Origin: Gemmatimonadota bacterium
GTDB lineage: Bacteria > JBHIER01 > G020348925
Reading direction: 5' to 3'
Length of the DNA: 64,000 nt
Assembly: GCA_020348925.1 (NCBI GenBank)
Contig: CP070758.1
Span: 4,169,688 to 4,233,687 of the forward strand
Shown: piece after piece, positions 32,621 through 42,169 of the stretch
Layout of the letters: each line of letters starts with the position of its first letter
Position numbering within the stretch: position 1 is the stretch's first letter
The notes under the pieces: model-generated
The model's database searches: none
Seen by the model: only the letters and a program-made list of their open reading frames with translations
Told to the model about the DNA's origin: nothing
Translations under genes and position numbers: made by a program

Positions 32621-34300
32621 CTATTGCAGGCTGACAAGGACGAGAACCAGATCACGTCCTTCATCCAGCTCTGTCATGGCTTTTCCCAGAATCGCACCCT
32701 GAGCCTGTTCGTAGTCTGTCACCTTCATGGCATAGCCCGGCGTTGGAGATGTGGTCAGAAGATCTCCCGGCTCTATGGAACCGTACGAAGCATCACACAG
32801 TCCATAGACGCGGCCGGTCAGGGCCACCTGGTGATCCCCATCGAAGAGCTCCTCCTGTGTCAGGATCAAGCCCGGTTTTACGCCCCCCCCACCGCTCACA
32901 ATGCCGGCCACGCATCGATCGTATGCTCTATTCGAGGCCTTCAATTTCCCGGGATTCTCAGGATCAATAACGACCACCATGCCGGGTTCTACGGCCCTCG
33001 GCTCCACAACATCGAAGGGTTCTGCGATGTCGCTGCCACCCGTAAGTTGCAGGACCGAACACGTCGTCCTGCCGTCATTTTCAACCCGAAAGGCGACGTG
33101 CCAACCACCAGTCCAGCTATCGCAGCGGAAGATATCACCTTCACCCTTTTGGGTTACGAGCAGAGGAAGATCGGTCGAAGTCGCTTCGACAATCATACCC
33201 AGGCCGTCAGGGCTCGTGTTCTCTATGAAAGCCGTCGCACCGGCCACACCGCCGCCGTCGGACGTTACATGGATTCTGTGACTTCCCGGGTCGGTCGTCC
33301 CGATAGCCACATGGCCGTTCTCCGTAAGCGACATCTTCACCCCCTCGTTCGACTCGCCGACCCCCGGAACATACAAATCCAGATAGTCTCCGCGAACACC
33401 ATCCCAGCCGGTTTTCAAAATCTTGTTCGTGCCGGGGGAAAAAGAATCCCGAACCATCAGGCAATCACCGTAGCCCAATGCTATGCTGCCCATCACATCC
33501 AACTTTGCCACAGGATTCGTGGCCCCAATGCCTACGTTGTCTTTCACGTACACATCGCCCATAAAGAATCCGGCGTAACTATCGGAGCTGTTGCCGTACA
33601 CACCGTAGAAAGGGCCTCCGATGTAGCCGTAGTTGCCGCTGATCGTGTTCTTACCATACACGCCGACTCTCCAGTCCGTGGGAATACCTGGCAACGAGTG
33701 GCCGAGACAGCCGTAGCTTTCGTCGTTTTCGCCTTTCACGGCGTAGGAATTCCCAATTACATGTAAATCACTCTCAGGCTCCGTCGTCCCGATGCCGACA
33801 GGACTGAGAAGCGTGTACACCGGCCCGCTGTCAGGAGCATCAGGACAGTTCCAGCATTCGCCAGTACCGGAACCACCACCACTCCAGTAAGCATAGGGAA
33901 CACTTGCCATTCGCTGTCTGGGAGTCATCTCAGGATCATCACCGACAGCTAATCCCAGCCAACGATCCGGATCCCCAAAGACAGCTGAGGGAATGCTCAA
34001 TAACACATTGAAAAGACCACCAGTTACGGTCACGGACCCGTGAGTGTCTGTCCACTCAGCGGTTCCACCCGTCTCCGAATCGTAGACCGTAAAAGTCATC
34101 GAAACAGTGGTATCCAGGGGATTCCCCCCATCGTCTGTCAGAACGCCCTGATAATTGATCAACCCAGGAACGTCTGCCAAAGATGATCCTGTCCCTGAGC
34201 GACTGACACCTTTCTTCGTATCATCGCCGGACCCGGCGAACATAGCCACCGTAAGACACATGGTGACCACCAAAACGAGAACACTGGTTCGCTTGGCCAT
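32621..34300 (-). CDS. Secreted fibre-like protein, paralogue of 26761-30216, with C-terminal peptidase G2-like autoproteolytic chaperone domain
   Basis: Signal peptide after GGAGG; VPGLINYQGVLTD N-domain; GIGTxxP and GVYG repeats; GGSDIAEPF..EPGMVVVID..VAGIVS..VALTGRV..GDLLTTS. Confidence 0.78.
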   Translation of the reverse strand: MAKRTSVLVLVVTMCLTVAMFAGSGDDTKKGVSRSGTGSSLADVPGLINYQGVLTDDGGNPLDTTVSMTFTVYDSETGGTAEWTDTHGSVTVTGGLFNVLLSIPSAVFGDPDRWLGLAVGDDPEMTPRQRMASVPYAYWSGGGSGTGECWNCPDAPDSGPVYTLLSPVGIGTTEPESDLHVIGNSYAVKGENDESYGCLGHSLPGIPTDWRVGVYGKNTISGNYGYIGGPFYGVYGNSSDSYAGFFMGDVYVKDNVGIGATNPVAKLDVMGSIALGYGDCLMVRDSFSPGTNKILKTGWDGVRGDYLDLYVPGVGESNEGVKMSLTENGHVAIGTTDPGSHRIHVTSDGGGVAGATAFIENTSPDGLGMIVEATSTDLPLLVTQKGEGDIFRCDSWTGGWHVAFRVENDGRTTCSVLQLTGGSDIAEPFDVVEPRAVEPGMVVVIDPENPGKLKASNRAYDRCVAGIVSGGGGVKPGLILTQEELFDGDHQVALTGRVYGLCDASYGSIEPGDLLTTSPTPGYAMKVTDYEQAQGAILGKAMTELDEGRDLVLVLVSLQ

Positions 34301-34499
34301 CGATGTCCTCCTTTCTCTCACCCGACGGAGTCGGGTGTTCGAATGAAACGTGTTGTACTGCAGAAACTTGGACTCTTGAAAACTATAGAATTGGAAGCAA
34401 ATTCGAGGAAGTCATGTCTAAGGGAATTGACTTTTCTGAGTGCACATCACCTCCTTGGTACACTCTTCTCAACAAACATACAACTTTTTTAACACGTTC

Positions 34500-34528
34500 A
34501 AACTATAGTCTCAGGGATGAGTAGTCAA
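34500..34528 (-). promoter_or_regulatory. Candidate sigma70-type promoter for the fibre/protease cluster
   Basis: TTGACT-N17-TAGTTT (or N15-TATAGT) on the minus strand, ~200 bp upstream of ATG 34300. Confidence 0.4.
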
Positions 34529-34878
34529 GCTATTTCTTGACTCTGGGTGACACCAAGGGGACAGGCTCTTTTTCTCATCAAAAACAGCGACAAGGTCGCC
34601 GCACTCCCTAAAAGGGCGTATTCACTACACTCCTATAATCTCAAACTGAGGGATTCAGACTCCCAGAGTATTCAAGACTTTGAGAGTCTTGGTTAGTATT
34701 TAGCCTTGAAACCTGAGCCGTTGGATCATCCGGTGAGCGAAGCATCGAGATCCGCCATAGGGGCGCAAGCTCCTTGGAAATTTGCGAACATCGTAAGCAA
34801 AATTGTTCTTGGCCAGCAAAGAAAAAGAAGGAGAGAAATAATATAGATAGAGTGTGTTCCAGGAATGTCCAGCAGTTC

Positions 34879-36309
34879 CTACATTACCGCCTGCACGGCG
34901 GTCTGGAAGAGCTGGAGGAGGTTGGAGGGGAAAATACCAATGTAAAGGGTGGCTAATGCGGTGATGAGTAAGGCAACGGCCACGGTGGGGATGGTGCCGG
35001 GCAACTCGATCTCGCGCTCGGGCTCCTTCATGTACATGAAGACCACGATACGGAGATAGTAGTAGACCGAAATCATGGAGTTGACCACACCGATGATGAC
35101 AAGGGGAATCTGGCCGGCCTTGACGGCGGCGCTGAAGATGTAAAACTTGGCCATGAAGCCGGCGGCCGGCGGTATGCCCGCTAATGAGAACATGAAGACC
35201 GTCATGGCCAGGGCGGTCAGGGGTTTGCGAAAACCCAGGCCCTGATAATCTGCGATCTCGAGGTTCTCCTCGCCGAATTTACCCAGGGCGATGACGACCC
35301 CGAATGCACCCAGGTTCATGAAGGTGTAGGCGGTGAGGTAGAACAGGACACCGGCACCGCCCATGTCATTGTTGGCCACAATGCCGATGAGAAGATAGCC
35401 GGCGTGGGCGATGGAGGAGTAGGCCAGCATGCGTTTGATATTCGATTGCGAGAGAGCAATGATGTTGCCCACGAACATGGTCAATACGGCCAGTATCCAC
35501 AGCAGACCGCTCCAGTCACCGACCTGGCTCTTCAAGGCGATCATGAGCACCCTCAGCAGAGCGGCGAAACCGGCGGCCTTGGAGCCCACGGCCTTGAAAG
35601 CCGCAATAGGTGTTGGTGAGCCCTGGTCGACGTCAGGCGCCCACATATGGAAAGGCACCAGGGCGACCTTAAACCCGAACCCGATGACGATGAGGACCAG
35701 TCCCACGGTCAGAAGCGGATTGCTCAACCCCTGGGCTGCAATAGCACCGGCGATCTGGTGAAGGTCGGCGTATCCCGTGATGCCGTAAACAAGGGCGATG
35801 CCATACAGCAGGAAGGCCGAGGCAAAGGCGCCCAGGAGAAAATACTTGAAGGCCGCTTCCAGGGAAAAGGGCTCGTCGCGGCGGATGCCGGCAAGAATAT
35901 ACAGGCTGATGGACAGGATCTCCAGTCCGAGAAAGATGGTGATGAGGTGCGTTCCCGAAGCCATGAACATCATGCCGGAGCAGGCGACAAGAATAAGAAA
36001 GAAGTACTCTGTATATGGTACATACTCGCCTTCAACTTTATTAATCGACAAAAGGAAGGTAATACCCGCACCGACGAGAAAAATGAATCCGAAGGCTAGA
36101 CCGTAAGTATCGGCGGTCAGCATGGCCCAGAACCCATCCAGATTCAGCCCCCACAGCCGCGCGGAGAGAACGACGGCCACGACGATGCCGATCAGTCCCA
36201 CCAGGGCCAAAACTTCCCGCTTTACCCTGGGAAAGAGGAGCCCCCACAAAAGGATTAAAAAGGCGAAGACGATCAGGACGACTTGAGGTGTGAGGACGAC
36301 GAGGTTCAT
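34879..36309 (-). CDS. nuoN: NADH-quinone oxidoreductase subunit N
   Basis: LEILSISLYIL, EAAFKYFLLG, GFKVALVPFHMWAPDV, KRMLAYSSIAHAGY. Confidence 0.95.
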   Translation of the reverse strand: MNLVVLTPQVVLIVFAFLILLWGLLFPRVKREVLALVGLIGIVVAVVLSARLWGLNLDGFWAMLTADTYGLAFGFIFLVGAGITFLLSINKVEGEYVPYTEYFFLILVACSGMMFMASGTHLITIFLGLEILSISLYILAGIRRDEPFSLEAAFKYFLLGAFASAFLLYGIALVYGITGYADLHQIAGAIAAQGLSNPLLTVGLVLIVIGFGFKVALVPFHMWAPDVDQGSPTPIAAFKAVGSKAAGFAALLRVLMIALKSQVGDWSGLLWILAVLTMFVGNIIALSQSNIKRMLAYSSIAHAGYLLIGIVANNDMGGAGVLFYLTAYTFMNLGAFGVVIALGKFGEENLEIADYQGLGFRKPLTALAMTVFMFSLAGIPPAAGFMAKFYIFSAAVKAGQIPLVIIGVVNSMISVYYYLRIVVFMYMKEPEREIELPGTIPTVAVALLITALATLYIGIFPSNLLQLFQTAVQAVM

Positions 36310-37882
36310 TCGGCGGTCTCCTTCTGCGCATCCTGTATAAACAAAAGATCTGCCGACCCCATCTTTTCCATCTTGATGACCTGAGCTTTTCGCGTCTCCA
36401 CATGATTGATGAGGCTCTCCACCGAAGCCGACATCTTGTTCAAGAACGGTTTGGGATAGACTCCGATGAAGACAATAAAGATGATGACCGGCAACAGCAC
36501 GGCGATTTCCCGGGCCGATAAGTCAACCAGATTCTCATTCTCCGGTTTCGTGATCTTACCGAACATGACCCGCTGAAACATCCACAGCATGTAGACCGCA
36601 GCCAGGATAACACCTGTGGCAGCGAAGATCGCATAGACTTTGTTTTTCAAAAAAGTACCGAGCAGGATGAGAAACTCACCCACAAACCCGTTCAATCCCG
36701 GCAGTCCGATAGATGATCGGGTTACGATCATGAAGAAGGCCGCGAAGACGGGAATGACTTTGGAAGCCCCCCGAACTCGGCGATGAGCCGGGTGTGACGT
36801 CGCTCGTAGATCATGCCCACGATCAAAAAGAGCGCCCCTGTGGAGAGACCGTGGTTGATCATCTGGAGGATACCCCCCTGGATGCCCTGTATGTTCATGG
36901 CGAAGAGTCCGAGCATGACGAAACCCAAATGGCTGACACTGGAATAGGCCACCAGTTTCTTCACGTCAGGCTGAACCATGGCCACGAGGGCACCGTAGAT
37001 GATACCGATAATGGCCAGAACCGATATGAGTGGAATATACTGAACGGCGGCGTTGGGGAACAAGGGCAGGCAGAATCGCAGGAAACCGTAGGTGCCCAAC
37101 TTCAGGAGGACGCCGGCCAGAATGACGCTACCGGCTGTTGGTGCTTCGACGTGGGCATCCGGCAGCCACGTGTGGAAAGGAAACATGGGCACCTTGATGG
37201 CAAAGCTCAAGCCGAAAGCGAGGAAGAGCCAGCTCTGAATTTTTAAGGGAAGGGCCATCTTCCCGATGGTTAGTAAATCGAAGGTGCCAACACCCGTCAT
37301 CCGCTGGTGGATGAAATAGAGGGCCAGAATGGCCACCAGCATGAGGAGGCTGCCCACCATGGTGTAGATGAAGAACTTGACCGCCGCATAGATGCGCCGT
37401 TCCCCGCCCCAGATGCCGATGATGAAGTACATGGGGATCAGGGTAAATTCCCAGAAGACGTAGAAGAGTATGAGATCAAGTCCCATGAAGACACCGAGCA
37501 TGCCTGTTTCCAAAAGGAGCATGCAGATAGTGTACTCCTTGATCTTCTGTTCGATACTCCGCCACGAGGAGAGCAGGACGATGGGCGTCAGAAACGTCGT
37601 CAGGAGCACCAGCAGGAGACTGATCCCATCAATACCGAGATGATAGCTGATACCCAAGGATTTGATCCACGGCACGAACTCCCGGAACTGCATGCCCGCC
37701 TCCCCACTGTTAAAAAGGAAGTACAGGGGCAGCGACAGGAAAAAATTGATGATAGCGGCGATCAATCCCAGAGTCTTTATGAGCGTCGCCCGCTCCTTGT
37801 CCAGGAGCAGAAAGATGACGAGTGCCACTGCCGTGGGCAGCAGCAGAATGATTGAGAGTATTGGAAATCCAAGTTGGTTCAT
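36306..37882 (-). pseudogene. nuoM: NADH-quinone oxidoreductase subunit M split by a 1-nt frameshift near 36765 (pseudogene or sequencing error)
   Basis: N-part ([26 protein letters not shown]) and C-part (SIGLPGLNGFVGEF) in different frames; adding one base restores [19 protein letters not shown]. Confidence 0.9.
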
Positions 37883-37898
37883 TCAAAAACTCCACACA

Positions 37899-39866
37899 TC
37901 ATCTGAAAACAAAATATCCGATAATAATAACCACACCCAGCAGCATGAAAAATGCGTAGTTCTGAACGAATCCTGATTGAACCTTACGCATTCCGCGACT
38001 TATCTTTTGCATCAAAGCAGCGACGCCGTTGACAATACCATCTATGATCAGTACGTCGAAAAATCGCCACAGAAAGAAGTCGGAGGTGTTTTTAATAGGC
38101 GAGACCACGGTGGCGTTGTAGATCTCGTCGACGTAGTACTTGTTGTAAGACAGCTTGTACAGGCCCCGAAGCTTCTGGCTCAATCGCTTCGGAATGTCGG
38201 GATTCTTGAGGTACATCATGTACGCAATCAAGATACCCACCAGGGCGATGATGACGGACAGGGCCATGAAGGTCAGCTCCAGACCTGCCGACCCGTGGTG
38301 AACGGCTTCGGCCGCATGGGCCTCGGTACCGTGGGCCGCCTCAGCAGCGTGGCTGGCAGCTTGTGCCCCATGTTCCCCCAGAACCGGATCGAGAAAATGT
38401 TCGAACTTGCTGCCGCCGAAGACGGCCGGCAGGCCGATGTATCCTCCGATGACCGACAGAATCGCCAGGATCGTCAGCGGTACGGTCATCACCTTCGGTG
38501 ATTCGTGGACGTGCTTCTCCACCTCCGGCTCCATTCGCGACTCGCCGAAGAAGGTGAGAAAAATAAGACGAAACATGTAAAAAGCCGTCATCCCCGCTGC
38601 CAGGGCCCCGATGAGCCACAGCAGAAAATGGCCGTGCGGACTGATGAAGGCCTGCCACAGGATCTCGTCCTTGGAGAAGAAACCGGAGAAGAGGGGAATG
38701 CCGGCAATGGCCAGGGTGCCCATGAGCATGGTCCAGAAGGTGGCCGGCAGGTGTTTTCTTAAGCCTCCCATCTTCATCATGTCCGTCTCATTGGACAGAG
38801 CGTGCATGACGCTGCCGGCGGCCAGAAAGAGGAGGGCCTTGAAGAAGGCATGGGTCATGAGGTGAAAGATGCCGGCGGCAAAGGCACCCACACCCAAAGC
38901 GAGGAACATGTATCCCAGCTGGCTGATGGTGGAATAGGCCAGGACGCGCTTAATATCCCTGTTTGTCAGGGCGATGGAGGCGGCGTAGATGGCCGTGGCC
39001 GCCCCGATGATGGCCACAACGGCCATGGAGACCGAAGATAGGCGAAAGAGCACGTTACACCGGGCCACCATGTAGATCCCGGCGGTGACCATGGTCGCGG
39101 CGTGGATGAGGGCCGAGACAGGCGTCGGACCGGCCATGGCGTCGGGCAGCCAGACGTAGAGTGGAATCTGAGCCGATTTCCCTGTGGCTCCAACGAACAA
39201 CAGAAGCGTAATGGCCGTGATAGCCCAGGCCCCGGTACCGGCTGAAGCCTGATGAAACACGGCGTCGAAGTTGAGGCTGCCGAAGACGAGGAAAATGAGG
39301 AACATGGCCAGGGTGAACCCGTAATCGCCGATCCGGTTCACCACGAAAGCCTTGCGCCCGGCGTAGGCGTTGTAATCCACCTCGTACCAGAATCCGATGA
39401 GCAGATACGAGCAGAGCCCCACACCCTCCCAGCCGACGAACATGAGCAAAAAGTTGTCTCCCAGGACGAGCAGGAGCATGGAGAAGGTGAAGAGGTTCAG
39501 GTAGGTAAAGAACCGGTCGTACCCCCGATCGCCGTGCATGTACCCGATGGAATAGACATGAATCAGGAATCCGACGCCGGTGACCACCAGCATCATGACG
39601 GTCGAAAGCGGATCCACCAGGAAGCTGATATTCACCTGGAATCCACCTGACACGATCCACGTGTAAATGATCTTCTTGATCTCCCTGGCCTCCGCCGGAA
39701 GCCCCAGGAGACTGAAGAGGATACTGACGGCCGTGGCGAAGGAGAGTCCCACCATCAACGAACCGAAGACGCCGACAAACTTATCACCCAGCTTCTTGCC
39801 CAGCAGACCGTTGATAAAAACGCCGATGAGTGGAAATAATGGTATGAGCCAGACGAAATCTATCAT
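37899..39866 (-). CDS. nuoL: NADH-quinone oxidoreductase subunit L
   Basis: GWEGVGLCSYLLIGFW, GKSAQIPL.VWLPDAMAGPTPVSALIHAATMV. Confidence 0.98.
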   Translation of the reverse strand: MIDFVWLIPLFPLIGVFINGLLGKKLGDKFVGVFGSLMVGLSFATAVSILFSLLGLPAEAREIKKIIYTWIVSGGFQVNISFLVDPLSTVMMLVVTGVGFLIHVYSIGYMHGDRGYDRFFTYLNLFTFSMLLLVLGDNFLLMFVGWEGVGLCSYLLIGFWYEVDYNAYAGRKAFVVNRIGDYGFTLAMFLIFLVFGSLNFDAVFHQASAGTGAWAITAITLLLFVGATGKSAQIPLYVWLPDAMAGPTPVSALIHAATMVTAGIYMVARCNVLFRLSSVSMAVVAIIGAATAIYAASIALTNRDIKRVLAYSTISQLGYMFLALGVGAFAAGIFHLMTHAFFKALLFLAAGSVMHALSNETDMMKMGGLRKHLPATFWTMLMGTLAIAGIPLFSGFFSKDEILWQAFISPHGHFLLWLIGALAAGMTAFYMFRLIFLTFFGESRMEPEVEKHVHESPKVMTVPLTILAILSVIGGYIGLPAVFGGSKFEHFLDPVLGEHGAQAASHAAEAAHGTEAHAAEAVHHGSAGLELTFMALSVIIALVGILIAYMMYLKNPDIPKRLSQKLRGLYKLSYNKYYVDEIYNATVVSPIKNTSDFFLWRFFDVLIIDGIVNGVAALMQKISRGMRKVQSGFVQNYAFFMLLGVVIIIGYFVFR

Positions 39867-39912
39867 CTATTTCTCCACCATTTCATTGAAACGCAATCGA
39901 TCATCTATCCTC

Positions 39913-40215
39913 TCACCACTTCATCAAATTAATCTCGTCGGCATTGATCGTCCCCTTGGTCCTGAAGAGGGCGACGATGATGGCCAGACCTACGGCCACC
40001 TCGGCCGCTGCCACAGCCATGACCATGAAGACAAAGATGTGACCGTCCAGGGAGTTCAAGTACCGGGCGAAAGCGATGATGGTCAGGTTTACGGCATTGA
40101 GCATGAGCTCGATGGACATGAAGATGACGATGGCGTTTCGTCGTATGAGAACACCGATGACACCCAGGACGAACAATATGGCACTCAGGACGAGATAACT
40201 GTTCAGTGAAACCAT
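39913..40215 (-). CDS. nuoK: NADH-quinone oxidoreductase subunit K
   Basis: [30 protein letters not shown]. Confidence 0.98.
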   Translation of the reverse strand: MVSLNSYLVLSAILFVLGVIGVLIRRNAIVIFMSIELMLNAVNLTIIAFARYLNSLDGHIFVFMVMAVAAAEVAVGLAIIVALFRTKGTINADEINLMKW

Positions 40216-40217
40216 AT

Positions 40218-40730
40218 CTATTCCTTCTCTTCTTCCTTGATCTTTTTCTTCGTCAAAACGACCGCTCCGACAATACCGATCAACAGCAGGATTGAGACCA
40301 TCTCAAAGGGCAACAAATATTTCGAAAAGAGCACCGTTCCCACGGCTTCGACCGTACCAAAACCCTCGGAGAGCTCGGCAGTCGGTTGTCCTGTATATCC
40401 TTTCAGAAAGTGTATGCCCTCAATGAGAAGCAGTCCGGCCAGCACAAAGCCAAAAACTTTGAACCATCGAAATTTTCCCCACCTCAGCTCCCAGTCCCTC
40501 AGGTTCATGAGCATGATGACGAAGAGCACGAGGACCATAATGGCCCCGGCATAGACCAATATCTGCAGAATGGCGATGAGGTGGGCCGAGAGCAGGACGT
40601 AAAGCGCCGCCAGGCAGAAGAAGCAGACCACCATGGACAGGGCGCTGTTGATGGGATTCCTGAAGGTGATGACCAGAAAGGCGGCTAAGACCGCGACAAC
40701 GGCAAATATGTAAAAGAGAACTGCGCCCAT
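40218..40730 (-). CDS. nuoJ: NADH-quinone oxidoreductase subunit J
   Basis: [25 protein letters not shown]. Confidence 0.97.
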   Translation of the reverse strand: MGAVLFYIFAVVAVLAAFLVITFRNPINSALSMVVCFFCLAALYVLLSAHLIAILQILVYAGAIMVLVLFVIMLMNLRDWELRWGKFRWFKVFGFVLAGLLLIEGIHFLKGYTGQPTAELSEGFGTVEAVGTVLFSKYLLPFEMVSILLLIGIVGAVVLTKKKIKEEEKE

Positions 40731-41231
40731 TTAAGATTCCTTCTTCTCAGGCAAATTGCTGGGAGGATCCAGCAGGTACTTTTTATCATAGATGAGGGAC
40801 TGTCGCGTGAAATCGCTCAATTCATACTCCCCCGTCATTTCCAGGGCTTCGACAGGACATGCTTCCACACATAAGCCGCAGAAGATGCATCGGAGAATGT
40901 CGATCTCATACCGCTCCGGCATTTTCTCAATCTCCGGGTCCGGATGCTCCGTGGCCTCGATGGTGATGCACTGGGCCGGACAGACCGTGGCGCAGAGATG
41001 GCAGGCCACGCACTTGACCGTGCCATCATCGCGTTTCTTCAGCCGGTGCCGCCCGCGAAAGCGGGGTGAGAATTCACGCCGCTCATCCGGATACTCGATG
41101 GTCGGCATCTGTTTCCGATGCGTCAGGTTCCTGAGGAGATGCCGCAGGGTGATGGTCAATCCCCGAAAAATCTCAAAGAGATAAATCCGGCCCAGAAAGG
41201 AAAACTGAATCTTGTGCTTTTCTTGACTCAA
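40731..41231 (-). CDS. nuoI: NADH-quinone oxidoreductase subunit I (probable TTG start at 41231)
   Basis: YPDE, RFRGRH, CVACHLCATVCP and CIFCGLCVEACP; TTGA overlap with the menA stop. Confidence 0.95.
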   Translation of the reverse strand: MSQEKHKIQFSFLGRIYLFEIFRGLTITLRHLLRNLTHRKQMPTIEYPDERREFSPRFRGRHRLKKRDDGTVKCVACHLCATVCPAQCITIEATEHPDPEIEKMPERYEIDILRCIFCGLCVEACPVEALEMTGEYELSDFTRQSLIYDKKYLLDPPSNLPEKKES

Positions 41232-42169
41232 CTTAAAAACCTCTCCAGCACATAGCCCACGCACAGCAGTACGCCCACGGAGGAGTGAATCATAATCGTG
41301 GCCGCGTTCGACGGAGCGAGCTTCAAACTGTCGTCGTAAAATTTCCGCGCGTTCAGATACGAGCGCACGGTCAACGGTGTTGTGATAAGGACAATCAATG
41401 CGTATGGAGTGATGATGTTCAAAGCCACCGCAATAATGACTGAAACGTAGGCCAGCCCCATAATAACCACATAACCCAGAACCGCCTTCTCTTTGCCCCA
41501 CCTGACCACGAGATGATTCTTTCCCACGGCCTTATCCGCCGTATAATCCTGAAACTCATTGATGTAGAGCACGGCGGCAATGAGAAACGTGACAGGCAGC
41601 CCTGCTGCGACCGGCTCCCAGCTCAAGAATCCGGTCTGCACGTAGAAGGTTCCCAGAACCATGAGCACGCCGAAATTGATCCCTACCACCGCTTCGCCTA
41701 TTCCGAGATTGGCCAGCCGGAAGGGTGGGGCCGTGTAAAAGAACCCTGAAAAGACACCGATGAGACCGAGCAGCAGAATCATGGGGCCGCGCATCCAGGC
41801 CAGGTAGAGACCGATAAGACATCCGATTGTAAAAAAGACAATGGATTCGGTGAGCACCTCCCTGGGCGTCATGATCCCCTTCTGGATCATGCGGCTGCCG
41901 CCGGTGAAGGGGCGAACGAACTCGGTATTGATGTCATCGTCGGAGCTTTTGTGATCGAAATAATCGTTGGCCACATTCGTCCCGATGTGGAGACAGACGC
42001 CGGCCACAAAGGTCAGGAGGAAAAGACCCCAGTGAAAAGTGCCGGTCACCACCCAGGCGATGACGGCTCCCAACAGGATCGGGACAATGCTGGCCGTCAG
42101 AAAAGGCGCCCGCGCTTCAGTGATCCATATGTTCATTCGTTTCAACATTCCAGATATCTTATCATCCAA
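41228..42169 (-). CDS. menA: UbiA-family prenyltransferase, 1,4-dihydroxy-2-naphthoate prenyltransferase-like
   Basis: RAPFLTAS, NVANDYFD, GGSRMI, YTAPP, GIGE, INEFQDYTADKAVGK. Confidence 0.85.
   Translation of the reverse strand: MDDKISGMLKRMNIWITEARAPFLTASIVPILLGAVIAWVVTGTFHWGLFLLTFVAGVCLHIGTNVANDYFDHKSSDDDINTEFVRPFTGGSRMIQKGIMTPREVLTESIVFFTIGCLIGLYLAWMRGPMILLLGLIGVFSGFFYTAPPFRLANLGIGEAVVGINFGVLMVLGTFYVQTGFLSWEPVAAGLPVTFLIAAVLYINEFQDYTADKAVGKNHLVVRWGKEKAVLGYVVIMGLAYVSVIIAVALNIITPYALIVLITTPLTVRSYLNARKFYDDSLKLAPSNAATIMIHSSVGVLLCVGYVLERFLS

Noticed and set aside
32561-33766. 401-aa plus-strand ORF (also 42039-43295, 50694-51617, 47817-48626 and similar)
   Set aside because: Antisense shadows of well-supported minus-strand genes in GC-rich DNA, with no recognisable motifs
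26761-34300. Prophage tail module
   Set aside because: The proteins carry signal peptides, and no capsid, terminase, baseplate, lysis or integrase genes are present
40731-41501. 256-aa NuoI with long N-terminal extension
   Set aside because: The extension overlaps menA in another frame; TTG at 41231 with an upstream GGAGAGG gives a normal-length NuoI
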